Shown one piece after another: positions 18,552 to 28,599 of a stretch of 64,000 bases of DNA. A program made the position numbers and the translations under genes. The notes beneath the pieces are model-generated. The model had not been told where the DNA came from. It ran no database searches and saw only the letters and a list, made by a program, of their open reading frames with translations. The stretch spans positions 448,001-512,000 of the forward strand of contig CAVZVA010000010.1 of the NCBI GenBank assembly GCA_963778655.1. The letters are read 5' to 3'. This DNA comes from an uncultured delta proteobacterium (lineage in GTDB: Bacteria > Myxococcota_A > Polyangia > Polyangiales > JAFGIB01). Numbering within the stretch: the stretch's first letter is position 1; every line of letters starts with the position of its first letter.

Positions 18552-19193
18552 ATGGTCTGGGCGGTGCGCGCGGGCAGCCTGATTTTCGATCTCGACGGGA
18601 CGCTGTGGGACACCAACGCGACCTGCGCGCTGGCGTGGAACCGCGTGCTGCAACGGCTGGGCGTGCCCTGGCGCACGCTGACCGAAGCCGACATTCGGCC
18701 GGCTTGCGGACGCTCGCACCGCGAGGCGGTGGCCAGCGTGCTGCAGGGCCTCGGCGACGCACTGCTCGACCGCATCAGCGCCGAGACCGCGCTCGCGGAC
18801 AACCAGCTGCTGGCGGAGGCGGGCGGACAGCTTTTCGAGGGCGTGCAGAGTGGGATCCCCGAGCTCGCGCGGCGCTACCCGCTGATGATCGTGAGCAACT
18901 GTCAGGCGGGTTACATCGAGGTCTTCCGCTCCACCAGCGGCCTGGACGCGTGCTTTCGCGACCACGAATGCTGGGGCAACACCGGCAAGAGCAAGGCGGA
19001 GAACCTCGCGGCGATCATGGCGCGCAATCACGCGCCCGCGCCGATCTTCATCGGCGACACCGAGGGCGATCAGCAGGCCGCGCGCGAGAACGGCGTGCCG
19101 TTCGTGCATGCCCGCTACGGGTTCGGCACAGTCAGTGGCGCCGACGCGGTGATCGACAGCTTCGACCAACTGCTGTCGCTGTTTGCGGGTTGA
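18552..19193 (+). CDS. HAD-family hydrolase
   Basis: IFDLDGTLWD, VSNC, K and IGDTEGD motifs. Confidence 0.9.
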   Translation: MVWAVRAGSLIFDLDGTLWDTNATCALAWNRVLQRLGVPWRTLTEADIRPACGRSHREAVASVLQGLGDALLDRISAETALADNQLLAEAGGQLFEGVQSGIPELARRYPLMIVSNCQAGYIEVFRSTSGLDACFRDHECWGNTGKSKAENLAAIMARNHAPAPIFIGDTEGDQQAARENGVPFVHARYGFGTVSGADAVIDSFDQLLSLFAG

Positions 19194-19351
19194 GCCCGCG
19201 CCGGGGGCGGCCTCCGGCGCGGCGGCCCGTGACCGTGAGCGGCGAGCACGACTGAATGCGGCGCCGGCGCGGTGCAACGCATGGGTGCGGGCTTGCTGAC
19301 GGCGGAAAGCCCCGAGGTCGGGGTCCGGTCGGGACTCCGGGAGGCTCGGCC

Positions 19352-19921
19352 ATGCGAAGCGACTGGAAAGCCTTGTTGTTCCTGCTGGCTCTCGCCACGC
19401 CCGCAGCCGCTCAACAGCAGCCCGCGCGATCGCCGCTGGCGGCGGCACCCGCGAGCCCAAGCGCAACGGGCCCCGCGCAGCCCGCACAAGACCTGACCGC
19501 GCAGGGCGAAGCCGTGGTCCGGCGCGCTAGCGCGCTGAGCCAGGACGTGCTGAGCATGCTGCAGGACGCCCGCAAAGCCGCGGACATCATCAAGGTCAAC
19601 TGCCTCGACGACAAGCTCGCGCAGATCAACGCCAACTTGCGCACGGCGCAAGCGCGGCTCGATCTGCTCAAGAAGGCGGTCGACCCGGATCTGCGCGCGC
19701 ACGAGCACACCGTGCTGACGGTGCTCGCCCAGAAGCTCCAGGTGCTGGATCAGGAAGCGCACCAGTGCGTGGGCCAGGCGCTGTACGAGACCGGAGCGAC
19801 CAAGGTCGTGACCGAGGTCGACACCAGCAAGCTGCCGGCCGAGGGCAATCCTTCGGTCTTCCCGTCCAGCCCGGTCACCGGTCCGATCATCTACCCGCCG
19901 ATCGCGAGCTCGACCAAATAG
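19352..19921 (+). CDS. Secreted hypothetical protein
   Basis: GGGAGG RBS; signal peptide (WKALLFLLALATPAAA); helical body with two Cys. Confidence 0.7.
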   Translation: MRSDWKALLFLLALATPAAAQQQPARSPLAAAPASPSATGPAQPAQDLTAQGEAVVRRASALSQDVLSMLQDARKAADIIKVNCLDDKLAQINANLRTAQARLDLLKKAVDPDLRAHEHTVLTVLAQKLQVLDQEAHQCVGQALYETGATKVVTEVDTSKLPAEGNPSVFPSSPVTGPIIYPPIASSTK

Positions 19922-20098
19922 GCTGCGCACGGGCCGGCCGCGGCGGGCCACCGCTCGGTAGTGCGATTCGCCGTGGACCAGGCCACCCGTCCTGGAAACC
20001 CCTGTGATGGCTATCGATGTCGCGGTCCGTTCGCGGTCGTGCTGCATTGAGGCGAACGCGCGCGGGCGCGCGGCAACGTGCAGCATCGCGCGTACCTA

Positions 20099-21139
20099 TC
20101 AGCGCGTGCGGTGGGCGAGTTGCTCGGCAAGCCCCATCAGCATGGCGGTGCCCTCGGCGCCGAAGGGCCCGCGCTCTAGCGCCTCGCGCGCCTGCTCCAA
20201 CAACTCGGCGATGCGCTGCTCCAGCCGCTCGCGCGCCCCCGAGCCGAGCAGCGCCTCGGTCGCGCGGGCGAGCGCCTTCTCGCTCGCGCTCGCGTTGCCG
20301 AGGACCGCGTCGATGGCGGCGGTCTGCTCGGCCGAGAGCAGCGCGCGCGCTTCCTCGAGCAGCGCGGTACGCTTGCCGCTGCGCAGGTCGTTGCCGACCG
20401 GCTTGCCCAGCGCGACCTTGCTGCCGAAGGCGCCGAGCAAGTCGTCGCGCAGCTGAAACGCCAGCCCGACCGGCGCGCCGAAGCGCTCGAGCGCGGCCAG
20501 CTGCTCGGCGCTGGCGTCACCGAGCAGCGCGCCCAGCCGCAGCGGCCCGCGCACGGTGTAGCTGCCGGTCTTGAGCTGGTGCACGAGCGCGACATCGTCG
20601 TGGCCGAGCAGGTCGAGCTGTTGGCCGCACACCACCTCGAAGTGCATGTGCCCGAACGCCTCGAGCGCGTCGCGCAGCCGGGCGGGCGGCAGCGGTGCCG
20701 CGGCCACCAGCTCCCAAGCGAAACCACAGGCCAGATCGCCCGCCAGAATCGCCAGGTTCGCGCCGAGCTGCGGGTCGCCGCGGCGCCGTCCCAGCGCGAC
20801 GTGAACCGACGGTCCCCCGCGCCGCTGCTCGTCGTCGTCCATCCAGTCGTCCTGGATCAGGAAATACGTCTGCAGCAGCTCGAGCGCGGCCGAGACTTCC
20901 AGCGTGCAGCTCGGATCACCGTCGGGCTTGACCGCGACGAAGCCGGCGTGCAGCGCAGCCGGCCGCAGCCGCTTGCCGCCGCGCATGGTCAGCTCGGCCA
21001 CGGCGTCGACCAGCTCGCCGGCCTCAGGCGAGGTACGCTGGGCCAGCACGCGTTTGTGCGCGAAGAGCACCGAGAGCCGCGCGTTCACACGCTCGACCAC
21101 GCGCTGCACCCACCCGTCCTCGTGTGACGCGACGGCCAC
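20099..21139 (-). CDS. Short-chain polyprenyl (FPP/GGPP) synthase
   Basis: GGKRLRP, YFLIQDDWMD, RRG, GQ, KT and FQLRDDLLG motifs; divergent from fni. Confidence 0.9.
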   Translation of the reverse strand: MAVASHEDGWVQRVVERVNARLSVLFAHKRVLAQRTSPEAGELVDAVAELTMRGGKRLRPAALHAGFVAVKPDGDPSCTLEVSAALELLQTYFLIQDDWMDDDEQRRGGPSVHVALGRRRGDPQLGANLAILAGDLACGFAWELVAAAPLPPARLRDALEAFGHMHFEVVCGQQLDLLGHDDVALVHQLKTGSYTVRGPLRLGALLGDASAEQLAALERFGAPVGLAFQLRDDLLGAFGSKVALGKPVGNDLRSGKRTALLEEARALLSAEQTAAIDAVLGNASASEKALARATEALLGSGARERLEQRIAELLEQAREALERGPFGAEGTAMLMGLAEQLAHRTR

Positions 21140-21279
21140 GAGCGCTGGTCTAGACCGGATCGCGTCGCGAAGCCAGACGCTTTTGACCCTTGCGTCGGCT
21201 GGCCCGCAGCACCCGGCGCCCGGCCGGGCCCCGCGTCTTGGCCTGGATGCGCGGTTCGTGCTTCACTGCCGACTGAGGG

Positions 21280-22323
21280 ATGTCGGAGATCGGAAAGCGC
21301 AAGGTCGACCACCTGGAGCTGTGCGCCACCGACCAGGTGGCGTTCCGGGGGCGCAGCACGTTGCTCGAACAGGTGCAGCTGCTGCACCAGTCGCTGCCGG
21401 AGCTGAGCTGGGACGAGGTCGACCCTTCGGTCAGCCTGCTCGGCAAGCGCCTGCGCGCTCCCCTGATCATCGCGGCCATGACCGGCGGCAGTGAGCCCTC
21501 GGCTGAGGTCAACCGCGAGCTGTCCGCGATCGCCGAGGCGCGCGGCTACGGCTTCGGGCTGGGCTCGCAGCGCGCGATGCAGCGCTCGCCCGAGACCGCG
21601 TGGACCTACGAGGTTCGCACACTCGCGCCGACCACGCTGGTGCTGGGCAACGTGGGCGTGGTGCAGGCGCGGGCCTGCTCGAGCGAGGCGCTGGCCCAGC
21701 TCGCGGCCGACATCGGGGCCGACGCGCTGTGCGTGCACATGAACCCCGCGATGGAGCTGATCCAGCAGGAGGGCGACCGCGACTTCCGCGGCTGCGTGGA
21801 GACCTTTGCACGGCTGGTGCGCGAGCTGCCTATCCCGGTGGTCGCCAAGGAGACCGGCAACGGCATCAGCCGGCAGACCGCCGCGCAGCTGCGCGCGGTG
21901 GGCGTCGAGGTGATCGATGTCTCGGGCGCTGGCGGCACCAGCTGGGTCGGGGTGGAGACGCTGCGCGCGGGCGAGCAGACGCGCCCGGTCGGCGAGCTCT
22001 TGTGGGACTGGGGCGTGCCGACCGCGGTATCGGTGGCCTATGCGAAGCAGGCCGGCCTCGTGCCGATCGCGACCGGCGGGGTGCGCAGCGGGCTGGACGT
22101 GGCGCGCGCGCTGGCGCTGGGGGCGAGCGCGGCGGGGGTGGCGCGGCCGCTGCTACAGGCCCTGCGCGAGCAGGGGCGCGCGGGCGCCGAGCGCTATCTC
22201 GAGCGCGTGGAGCGCGAGCTGCGGACGGTAATGCTGCTGTGCGGAGCGCGCAGCGTGGCCGATCTGCAGCGCGCGCCGCGGGTGCTGACCGGCGAGCTCA
22301 AGGACTGGCTCGCAGGCGGCTAG
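21280..22323 (+). CDS. fni: Type 2 isopentenyl-diphosphate isomerase
   Basis: RKVDHL, AMTGG, GSQR, KETGNG and DVSGAGGTSW motifs. Confidence 0.95.
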   Translation: MSEIGKRKVDHLELCATDQVAFRGRSTLLEQVQLLHQSLPELSWDEVDPSVSLLGKRLRAPLIIAAMTGGSEPSAEVNRELSAIAEARGYGFGLGSQRAMQRSPETAWTYEVRTLAPTTLVLGNVGVVQARACSSEALAQLAADIGADALCVHMNPAMELIQQEGDRDFRGCVETFARLVRELPIPVVAKETGNGISRQTAAQLRAVGVEVIDVSGAGGTSWVGVETLRAGEQTRPVGELLWDWGVPTAVSVAYAKQAGLVPIATGGVRSGLDVARALALGASAAGVARPLLQALREQGRAGAERYLERVERELRTVMLLCGARSVADLQRAPRVLTGELKDWLAGG

Positions 22324-22329
22324 TACCTC

Positions 22330-22460
22330 CACATCCGTTCGCGCCGGAGCCCACCCCCGCACGAGCCCGCTTCGCGGGGCCTTATCCTGACGGAACGAGC
22401 TTCCGAGCTGGGGGGCTCGCCAGCTCGAAGCGAGCTGATCAGGGGCCAAGCGGAGCGGCC
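22330..22460. repeat. GC-rich palindromic intergenic (REP-like) segment
   Basis: Short hairpins (cccgc-ttc-gcggg; gagctgg..ccagctc); loosely resembles the reverse complement of 59715-59755. Confidence 0.35.
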
Positions 22461-22662
22461 TTGACGCGCCTGGCAAATGCGAGGGGAACGCGAAGACGCC
22501 CCCACACTTGGCGGCAAATGCGTCAGTGTTACCTACAGTTTCGCTACTGATACCGGTCCCGAGCTGCGGAACGGCTATACTTCATGATATGGAGTTGAGT
22601 TAGTGACTTCGGCGACGCGGCCGCGGCAGCAAGCTGACCGAATCGGGCGCGGCGAGCAAACG

Positions 22663-23595
22663 ATGGCTCTGGCGGAACGCAAACCGGCCTGGTTGAAGGT
22701 CCCGCTCGCCGGCGGCGAGCGGCACGCGGAGCTCAAGCGCCTGTTTCGCCAGCTCGGCCTGAGCACGGTGTGCGAGGAAGCCCGCTGCCCCAACGTCGGC
22801 GAGTGCTGGCGCGAGGGCACGGCCACCCTGATGCTGCTCGGCGACACCTGCACGCGCGGCTGTCGCTTTTGCGCGGTCAAGAGCGGCAACCCGGGTGGCG
22901 TCGTCGACGCCCGCGAGCCGGAGCACGTGGCGCAGGCGCTCGGCCGACTCGACCTGGCCTACGTGGTGCTGACGATGGTGGATCGCGACGACCTGCCCGA
23001 CGGGGGCGCGGGTCACGTAGCGCAGACCGTGCAGCGGATTCGCGCGCACAGCCCGGGTACGCTGGTCGAAACCCTGGTCGGCGACTTCGCCGGCAAGCAG
23101 GACGACGTGGTGACGCTGGTGGAGCAGGGTCGCCCCGACGTGCTCGCGCACAACGTCGAGGTAGTGCCGCGGCTGCAGCGCGCGATGCGCGACGCGCGCT
23201 GCTCGTGGGAGCGCTCGCTGCAGGTGCTGCGCTGGGCGCGCGAAGCTGGCGCCAACGTGACCAAGAGCTCGCTGATGGTGGGTTGCGGCGAGCAGCCGGC
23301 CGAGGTGCTCGAAGCGCTGGCTGCGCTGCGAGAGGCGGAGGTCGACGTGCTGACGATCGGCCAGTATTTGCGTCCAACCGAGAAGCACGCCAGGGTCGCG
23401 CGCTACGTGCCGCCCGAAGAGCTCGACGGCTACGCGCGCGCCGGCCGTGCGCTGGGCTTCAAGTACGTGGCCGCGGGCCCGCTCGTACGCTCGAGCTACC
23501 GCGCGGCCGAAGGCTTTCTGACCGGGATCCTGCGGGGACACGACGCCCCCTTCAGCGACCGTTACGGCAAGAGGCGTCTGGAGATCGTGAGCTGA
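22663..23595 (+). CDS. lipA: Lipoyl synthase
   Basis: CEEARCPNVGEC, CTRGCRFC and VRSSY motifs. Confidence 0.95.
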   Translation: MALAERKPAWLKVPLAGGERHAELKRLFRQLGLSTVCEEARCPNVGECWREGTATLMLLGDTCTRGCRFCAVKSGNPGGVVDAREPEHVAQALGRLDLAYVVLTMVDRDDLPDGGAGHVAQTVQRIRAHSPGTLVETLVGDFAGKQDDVVTLVEQGRPDVLAHNVEVVPRLQRAMRDARCSWERSLQVLRWAREAGANVTKSSLMVGCGEQPAEVLEALAALREAEVDVLTIGQYLRPTEKHARVARYVPPEELDGYARAGRALGFKYVAAGPLVRSSYRAAEGFLTGILRGHDAPFSDRYGKRRLEIVS

Positions 23596-24728
23596 TGGAA
23601 GTGTTAGAGAGCTATCCCCCGAGCGCGCTGCCCTGGGCCGCCGACAAGGAGGTCGTGGTGGTGCTGGACCTCGAGGGCCGCGCCGACCCCGGCCATGATC
23701 CGCGGCTGTCGCTCGAGCTCGCGAGCCAGATCTACAAGGCCATGCTGCGCACGCGCCTGATCGATCAGCGCCTGACCAAGCTGCAGCGCCAGGGCCGGAT
23801 CGGGTTCCACGTGGGCGCCGAGGGCGAGGAAGCAGCGATCGTGGCCTCGGCCGCGGCGATGCGGCCGCAGGACTGGCTGTTCCCGTGCTACCGCGAGGTG
23901 GGCGCGGCGCTGTACCGCGGCTTCCCTCTGCAGGCGTATATCGACAACATGTACGGCAACGCCAACGACATACCCGAGGGCCGCCAGATGCCCGATCACA
24001 TCACCGCCCGCGACGTGCACTTCGGCTCGGTCACGGCGCCGATCGGCACCCAGATCACGCAGGCGGTGGGTTTCGCCTGGGCCGCCAAGCTCAAGCGCGA
24101 GGACCTGGTGGTGGGCGTCTACTTCGGCGACGGCGCGACCAGCAGCAACGACTTCCACAGCGGCATGACCTTCGCGGGTGTCTACCGCGTGCCCGCGCTG
24201 TTCCTGCTGCGCAACAACGGCTGGGCGATCAGCATGCCCGCCGAGCACCAGACCGCGGCGCGGACCTATGCCGACAAGGGGCTCGGCTACGGTGTGCCGG
24301 CCGTGCGCTGCGATGGCAACGACGCGCTGGCGGTCTACGCCACGGTCAAGCGCGCGGTGGAGCACGCCGCCGCGGGTGGCGGTCCGACATTGGTCGAGCT
24401 GATCACCTACCGCGCGGGCGCCCACTCGACCAGCGACGATCCGACGGCCTATCGCGACAAGGCCGAGGTCGAGCGCCAGCTCAAGCGCGACCCGCTGCGC
24501 CGCATGCGCAAGTACCTCGAGCAGAAGGGTGCGTGGTCGGAGCAGGACGAGAAGCGCTTCGGCGAAGAGGTGCAGGCGGAGCTGCAGACCTGCATCGATC
24601 GCGCGGAGAACGCGCCGCCGCCGTCGATCGGCAGCATGTTCGAGCAGGTCTTCGAGCACATGCCCCCGCACCTGCAGCAGCAGCAGCGCGAGTGCGAAAG
24701 CGGCCCGCGCGCCCGCAAGAACCACTGA
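23595..24728 (+). CDS. 2-oxoacid dehydrogenase E1 alpha (branched-chain or pyruvate)
   Basis: ThDP motif YFGDGATS..NNGWAIS and HSTSDDP; TGATG coupling with lipA. Confidence 0.92.
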   Translation: MEVLESYPPSALPWAADKEVVVVLDLEGRADPGHDPRLSLELASQIYKAMLRTRLIDQRLTKLQRQGRIGFHVGAEGEEAAIVASAAAMRPQDWLFPCYREVGAALYRGFPLQAYIDNMYGNANDIPEGRQMPDHITARDVHFGSVTAPIGTQITQAVGFAWAAKLKREDLVVGVYFGDGATSSNDFHSGMTFAGVYRVPALFLLRNNGWAISMPAEHQTAARTYADKGLGYGVPAVRCDGNDALAVYATVKRAVEHAAAGGGPTLVELITYRAGAHSTSDDPTAYRDKAEVERQLKRDPLRRMRKYLEQKGAWSEQDEKRFGEEVQAELQTCIDRAENAPPPSIGSMFEQVFEHMPPHLQQQQRECESGPRARKNH

Positions 24729-24864
24729 GGCCAGCCGTGACGCGAGCGTCCAGCACAGCAGGCGGAGCGGAACGCAGTGCGGCGACCCCGCCCCAGGCCC
24801 GTGGTACGCGTGGCGTTCCGCCCGACGGGCGGGAGGATCGCGCGATCCTCGTAGTGGAAAGCCC

Positions 24865-25839
24865 ATGACCCAGATGAACATGGTCGGCGCGCTCAACGAC
24901 GCGCTGCGGGTCGAGATGCGCAACGATGAGCGCGTGGTCGTGCTGGGCGAGGACGTGGGCAAGCTCGGCGGGGTGTTCCGCGTGACCGCCGGGCTGCAGA
25001 AGGAGTTCGGCGACGAGCGCGTGATCGACACGCCGCTAGCCGAGACCGGCATTATCGGCAGCGCGATCGGCATGGCGCTCGGCGGCCTGCGCCCGGTGCC
25101 GGAGATCCAGTTCGGCGACTTCATCTATCCCGCCGTCGACCAGCTGGTCAACGAGGCGGCCAAGTACCGCTACCGCTCGGGCGGCGAGTTCCCCTGCCCG
25201 ATGGTGGTGCGCGTGCCAGTGGGCGGCGGCATCCGCGGCGGCCACTACCACTCGCAGACGCCGGAGTCCCTGTTCATCAACGCCTCGGGCCTGAAGATCG
25301 TCTGTCCCAGCAACCCCTACGACGCCAAGGGCCTGCTGATCAGCGCGATCCGCGACAATGATCCGGTGCTGTTCTTCGAGCCCAAGCGCGTGTACCGGGC
25401 GCTCAAGATGGACGTGCCCGACGGCGAGTACACCGTCGAGCTGAGCCAGGCCAAGGTCGCGCGCGAAGGGGAGCACGTGACCTGCGTGGCGTGGGGCGCG
25501 ATGTTGTTCGAGGCGATCGCCGCGGCCGAAGAGGTTCGCGCGCAAGGCATCGAGGTCGAGGTGATCGACCTGCGCACCCTGTGGCCGGTCGATCTCGACA
25601 CCGTGGTGCAGAGCGTCAAGAAGACGGGCCGGCTGCTGGTGGTCCACGAGGCGCCCAAGGCGTGCGGCTTCGGCGCCGAGATGATCGCGCAGATCTGCGA
25701 GACGGCGTTCCTGCACCTGGAGGCCCCGCCGCGGCGCGTCACCGGCTGGGACACCCCCTTTCCGTACACCCTCGAGAACGAGTACCTTCCGCTGGCTCAT
25801 CGCATCGTGCCGGCGCTGATCGACACCGTGCGCTTCTGA
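24865..25839 (+). CDS. 2-oxoacid dehydrogenase E1 beta
   Basis: GEDVGKLGGVFR, DTPLAE, EIQFGDF and HYHSQ motifs. Confidence 0.93.
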   Translation: MTQMNMVGALNDALRVEMRNDERVVVLGEDVGKLGGVFRVTAGLQKEFGDERVIDTPLAETGIIGSAIGMALGGLRPVPEIQFGDFIYPAVDQLVNEAAKYRYRSGGEFPCPMVVRVPVGGGIRGGHYHSQTPESLFINASGLKIVCPSNPYDAKGLLISAIRDNDPVLFFEPKRVYRALKMDVPDGEYTVELSQAKVAREGEHVTCVAWGAMLFEAIAAAEEVRAQGIEVEVIDLRTLWPVDLDTVVQSVKKTGRLLVVHEAPKACGFGAEMIAQICETAFLHLEAPPRRVTGWDTPFPYTLENEYLPLAHRIVPALIDTVRF

Positions 25840-25840
25840 A

Positions 25841-27154
25841 ATGGCCCGCTTCGAATTCAAGCTACCGGACATCGGCGAAGGTGTGACCGAGGGCGAGATC
25901 GTCGCCTGGCACGTCAAGGAAGGCGATCGCGTGGCCGAGGACCAGGTGATGGTCGAGGTCATGACCGACAAGGCTACCGTGACGATCGGCGCGCCGCGCG
26001 CGGGCAAGATCGACGCGCTGATGGCGAGCGTCGGCAACATCGTCAAGGTGGGCGACGTGCTGCTGGTGATCCAGACCGGCAACGGCTCGCGCACCGCGTC
26101 CGGGCTGCCGGCCGCGACCGCAGTGGGTGACATCCGCGAATCGCTGCCGGGTACCGGCTACTTCGCGGAGAAACGCGCCGCGCTGGGCGCTGACCAGGTG
26201 TCCGAGGCCGGGGTTGAGGCCTCTGCGCTCGAGGCGCGCTCCAACGGCGAGAAGCCGCTGGCCACGCCGGCCACGCGCAAGCTCGCCCGCGACCTCAAGG
26301 TGGACCTGCGCCGCGTCACCGGTAGTGGACCACGCGGGCGCGTGACCAAAGAGGACGTGCTGGCGCACAGCAGCGCGGGCGCTGCGCCCGCCCGGCGCGC
26401 CGAGCCGGCGCCACCGCGCGGCGCACCCGGGCGTCCGGCGCAGCCGGCGCCCGCGGCCGGGACGCGCGTGCCGTTCGTGGGGCTGCGGCGGCGCATCGCC
26501 GAGCACATGCACGCCGCCAAGAGCAATGCGGCGCACTTCACCTTCGTGGAGGAGTGCGAGGCAGACCGCCTGCTCGAGCTGCGCGAGCGCCTGCGCCCCG
26601 AGGTCGAAGCCCGCGGGCTCTCGCTCACCTTCCTGCCCTTCGTGATCAAGGCGGTGGTGGCCGCCCTCAAGAAGCACCCGCTGCTCAACAGCAGCCTCGA
26701 CGTCGAGAAGAACGAGCTGGTGCTGCACGACCGCTATCACATCGGAATCGCCGCCGCGACCGACCAGGGCCTGGTGGTGCCGGTCGTGCACGACGCCGAG
26801 CAGCGCAGCCTGCTCGAGCTGGCCGCCGAGCTGCAGCGGCTGGCGGACGCGGCACGCGCAGGCACCCTGAGCTTGCACGAGCTTTCGGGCTCCACCTTCA
26901 CCGTCACCTCGCTCGGCAAGCAGAGCGGCCTGTTCGCCGTGCCGATCATCAACTACCCCAACGTCGGAATCCTCGGCATCCACAAGATCAAGCAGCGGCC
27001 GGTGGTGCGCGGAGGGCAGATCGCGATCGGCCAGGTGATGCTGCTGTCGCTCTCGCTCGACCACCGCATCGTCGACGGCCACGTGGGCGCCGCCTTCGCC
27101 TACGACGTCATCCACTACCTCGAGGATCCGGCGCGGCTGCTGCTCGAGAGCTGA
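25841..27154 (+). CDS. Dihydrolipoamide acyltransferase E2
   Basis: Lipoyl motif MTDKA, E3-binding segment ATPATRKLA..GSGPRGRV, catalytic DHRIVDG. Confidence 0.93.
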   Translation: MARFEFKLPDIGEGVTEGEIVAWHVKEGDRVAEDQVMVEVMTDKATVTIGAPRAGKIDALMASVGNIVKVGDVLLVIQTGNGSRTASGLPAATAVGDIRESLPGTGYFAEKRAALGADQVSEAGVEASALEARSNGEKPLATPATRKLARDLKVDLRRVTGSGPRGRVTKEDVLAHSSAGAAPARRAEPAPPRGAPGRPAQPAPAAGTRVPFVGLRRRIAEHMHAAKSNAAHFTFVEECEADRLLELRERLRPEVEARGLSLTFLPFVIKAVVAALKKHPLLNSSLDVEKNELVLHDRYHIGIAAATDQGLVVPVVHDAEQRSLLELAAELQRLADAARAGTLSLHELSGSTFTVTSLGKQSGLFAVPIINYPNVGILGIHKIKQRPVVRGGQIAIGQVMLLSLSLDHRIVDGHVGAAFAYDVIHYLEDPARLLLES

Positions 27155-27301
27155 TCGTCATGGGCCGCGCGGCACCTTTCGCGGCGGCCTCGCGCTGCCC
27201 TGCAATGCAGGAAGTCCGAAACAGGAAGACGGAAAGCTTCTAATTCGGAGCTCGGACGAGACCCTCGCCGCCCTGCCGCCTTGTCTTGATCCGCAACAGC
27301 G

Positions 27302-28189
27302 ATGAGCCAGCCCCCACGAGACTCCCGCGCCCCCGAGGGCGCGCACTGCGCCCAGCATCCCGACCGTGCTGCGCACTTCACCTGCCCGCGCTGCGGCAGC
27401 TTCGCCTGCCTGAGCTGCTGGCACCCCTCGGTGGAGCGCTGCCAGCAGTGTTTGACCCGCGATCCGACCGAGGCGGCTCCGCCGCTGCCCTGGGAGCGCG
27501 AGAACGCGCCGGCGCTGTTGCGTTTCGTGTCCACGCTGGGGACCGCGCTGCGACCGGTGCGCTCGGCGCCTGCGTTCGCGCGCGAAGAGCTGGGGCCGGC
27601 ACTGCGCTTCATGTACTGGTCGGCGCTGCCGCTGGCGCTGCTCGCCGGAATCATCCCGCACACGCGCACCCTGCTATTCGAAGGGGACTTTCGCGTGCGT
27701 GTGGTCGGCCATCCCGATCAGGTCGCGATCGCGCTCGACGTGGCGCGCGCCGCGCTGTGCGAGTTGGGGCTGACGGCCCTGCAGCTCGGCTGCCTGCTGC
27801 TGCCGTTCGCCAGCCTGGTGCGCGCCTACGCGCCGCCGCAGCGCAGACACGCGGCGCTGCGCGTGCTCTTCTACCGCATCTGGCTGTTGCCGGCGGCGAT
27901 GCTGTTCTACTACCTCGCGGCCTGGGCACTGCCGGCGCCTGATCCCGCGACGATGCAGGCAGTGCCCGTCAGCTGGGCGCTGGTGGTGGCGGTGCGCCTG
28001 CTCGCCTCGGTGCTGCTGATGCTGGCGATGGGAGCGACCGCCCGTCTGGCTTGCGGGCTCGGTCCCTTCATGTCGATGCTGGTGGTGATGGTGCCCGTGG
28101 CGTTGATGATGGTGGTGGCACCGCTGGCGACGCTGGGCGTCGAACGCCTGCTGCCGGCGGAGCCGGCGGCCCAGACCGCCAGCGGATGA
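27302..28189 (+). CDS. Membrane protein with N-terminal Cys/His zinc-finger-like region
   Basis: CAQHP..CPRCGSFACLSC..CQQC followed by several hydrophobic helices. Confidence 0.7.
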   Translation: MSQPPRDSRAPEGAHCAQHPDRAAHFTCPRCGSFACLSCWHPSVERCQQCLTRDPTEAAPPLPWERENAPALLRFVSTLGTALRPVRSAPAFAREELGPALRFMYWSALPLALLAGIIPHTRTLLFEGDFRVRVVGHPDQVAIALDVARAALCELGLTALQLGCLLLPFASLVRAYAPPQRRHAALRVLFYRIWLLPAAMLFYYLAAWALPAPDPATMQAVPVSWALVVAVRLLASVLLMLAMGATARLACGLGPFMSMLVVMVPVALMMVVAPLATLGVERLLPAEPAAQTASG

Positions 28190-28251
28190 ACACGCGCCGC
28201 GAAGAACCGCTGACCTATGCGATCATCCGCCGCAAAAGGGCGAAACCCGGG

Positions 28252-28473
28252 TCAGAGGCCGAGCAGCTTGGTGCCGCCCCACAGCAGCGCGAGCAGCGCG
28301 GCCATGATGCCGAGCATCAAGCCAACGTCAGGCACCACGTAGGGATAGACCAGCATCACCAAACCGATCGCGGCGTGCGGCATGCGCCGGCACTTGCGCC
28401 CGTAGTTGAGCAGCGCGAAGCCGATGCCGCTCACGAACATCGAGGCCAGCAGGCTTCCGGGATCCAGGCTCAC
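28252..28473 (-). CDS. Small membrane protein
   Basis: AGGAG-like RBS on the minus strand; three hydrophobic segments with GIG..YGRK and YPY. Confidence 0.65.
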   Translation of the reverse strand: MSLDPGSLLASMFVSGIGFALLNYGRKCRRMPHAAIGLVMLVYPYVVPDVGLMLGIMAALLALLWGGTKLLGL

Positions 28474-28599
28474 GCGATCCTCCTAGATTTCAACCGTAGA
28501 TCAACGGTCGGGCGCGCGGGCTTTGTTCCGAGGAAACAGAGACAAAAGAGCGCGCCTGAGGTGGTTGTGCGCGCCTGAGGTGCGTGGCCGCCCACGCTG

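Noticed and set aside
27155..27300. Possible ncRNA or riboswitch in the purine-rich intergenic region after E2
   Set aside because: No recognisable family motif; would need an Rfam search
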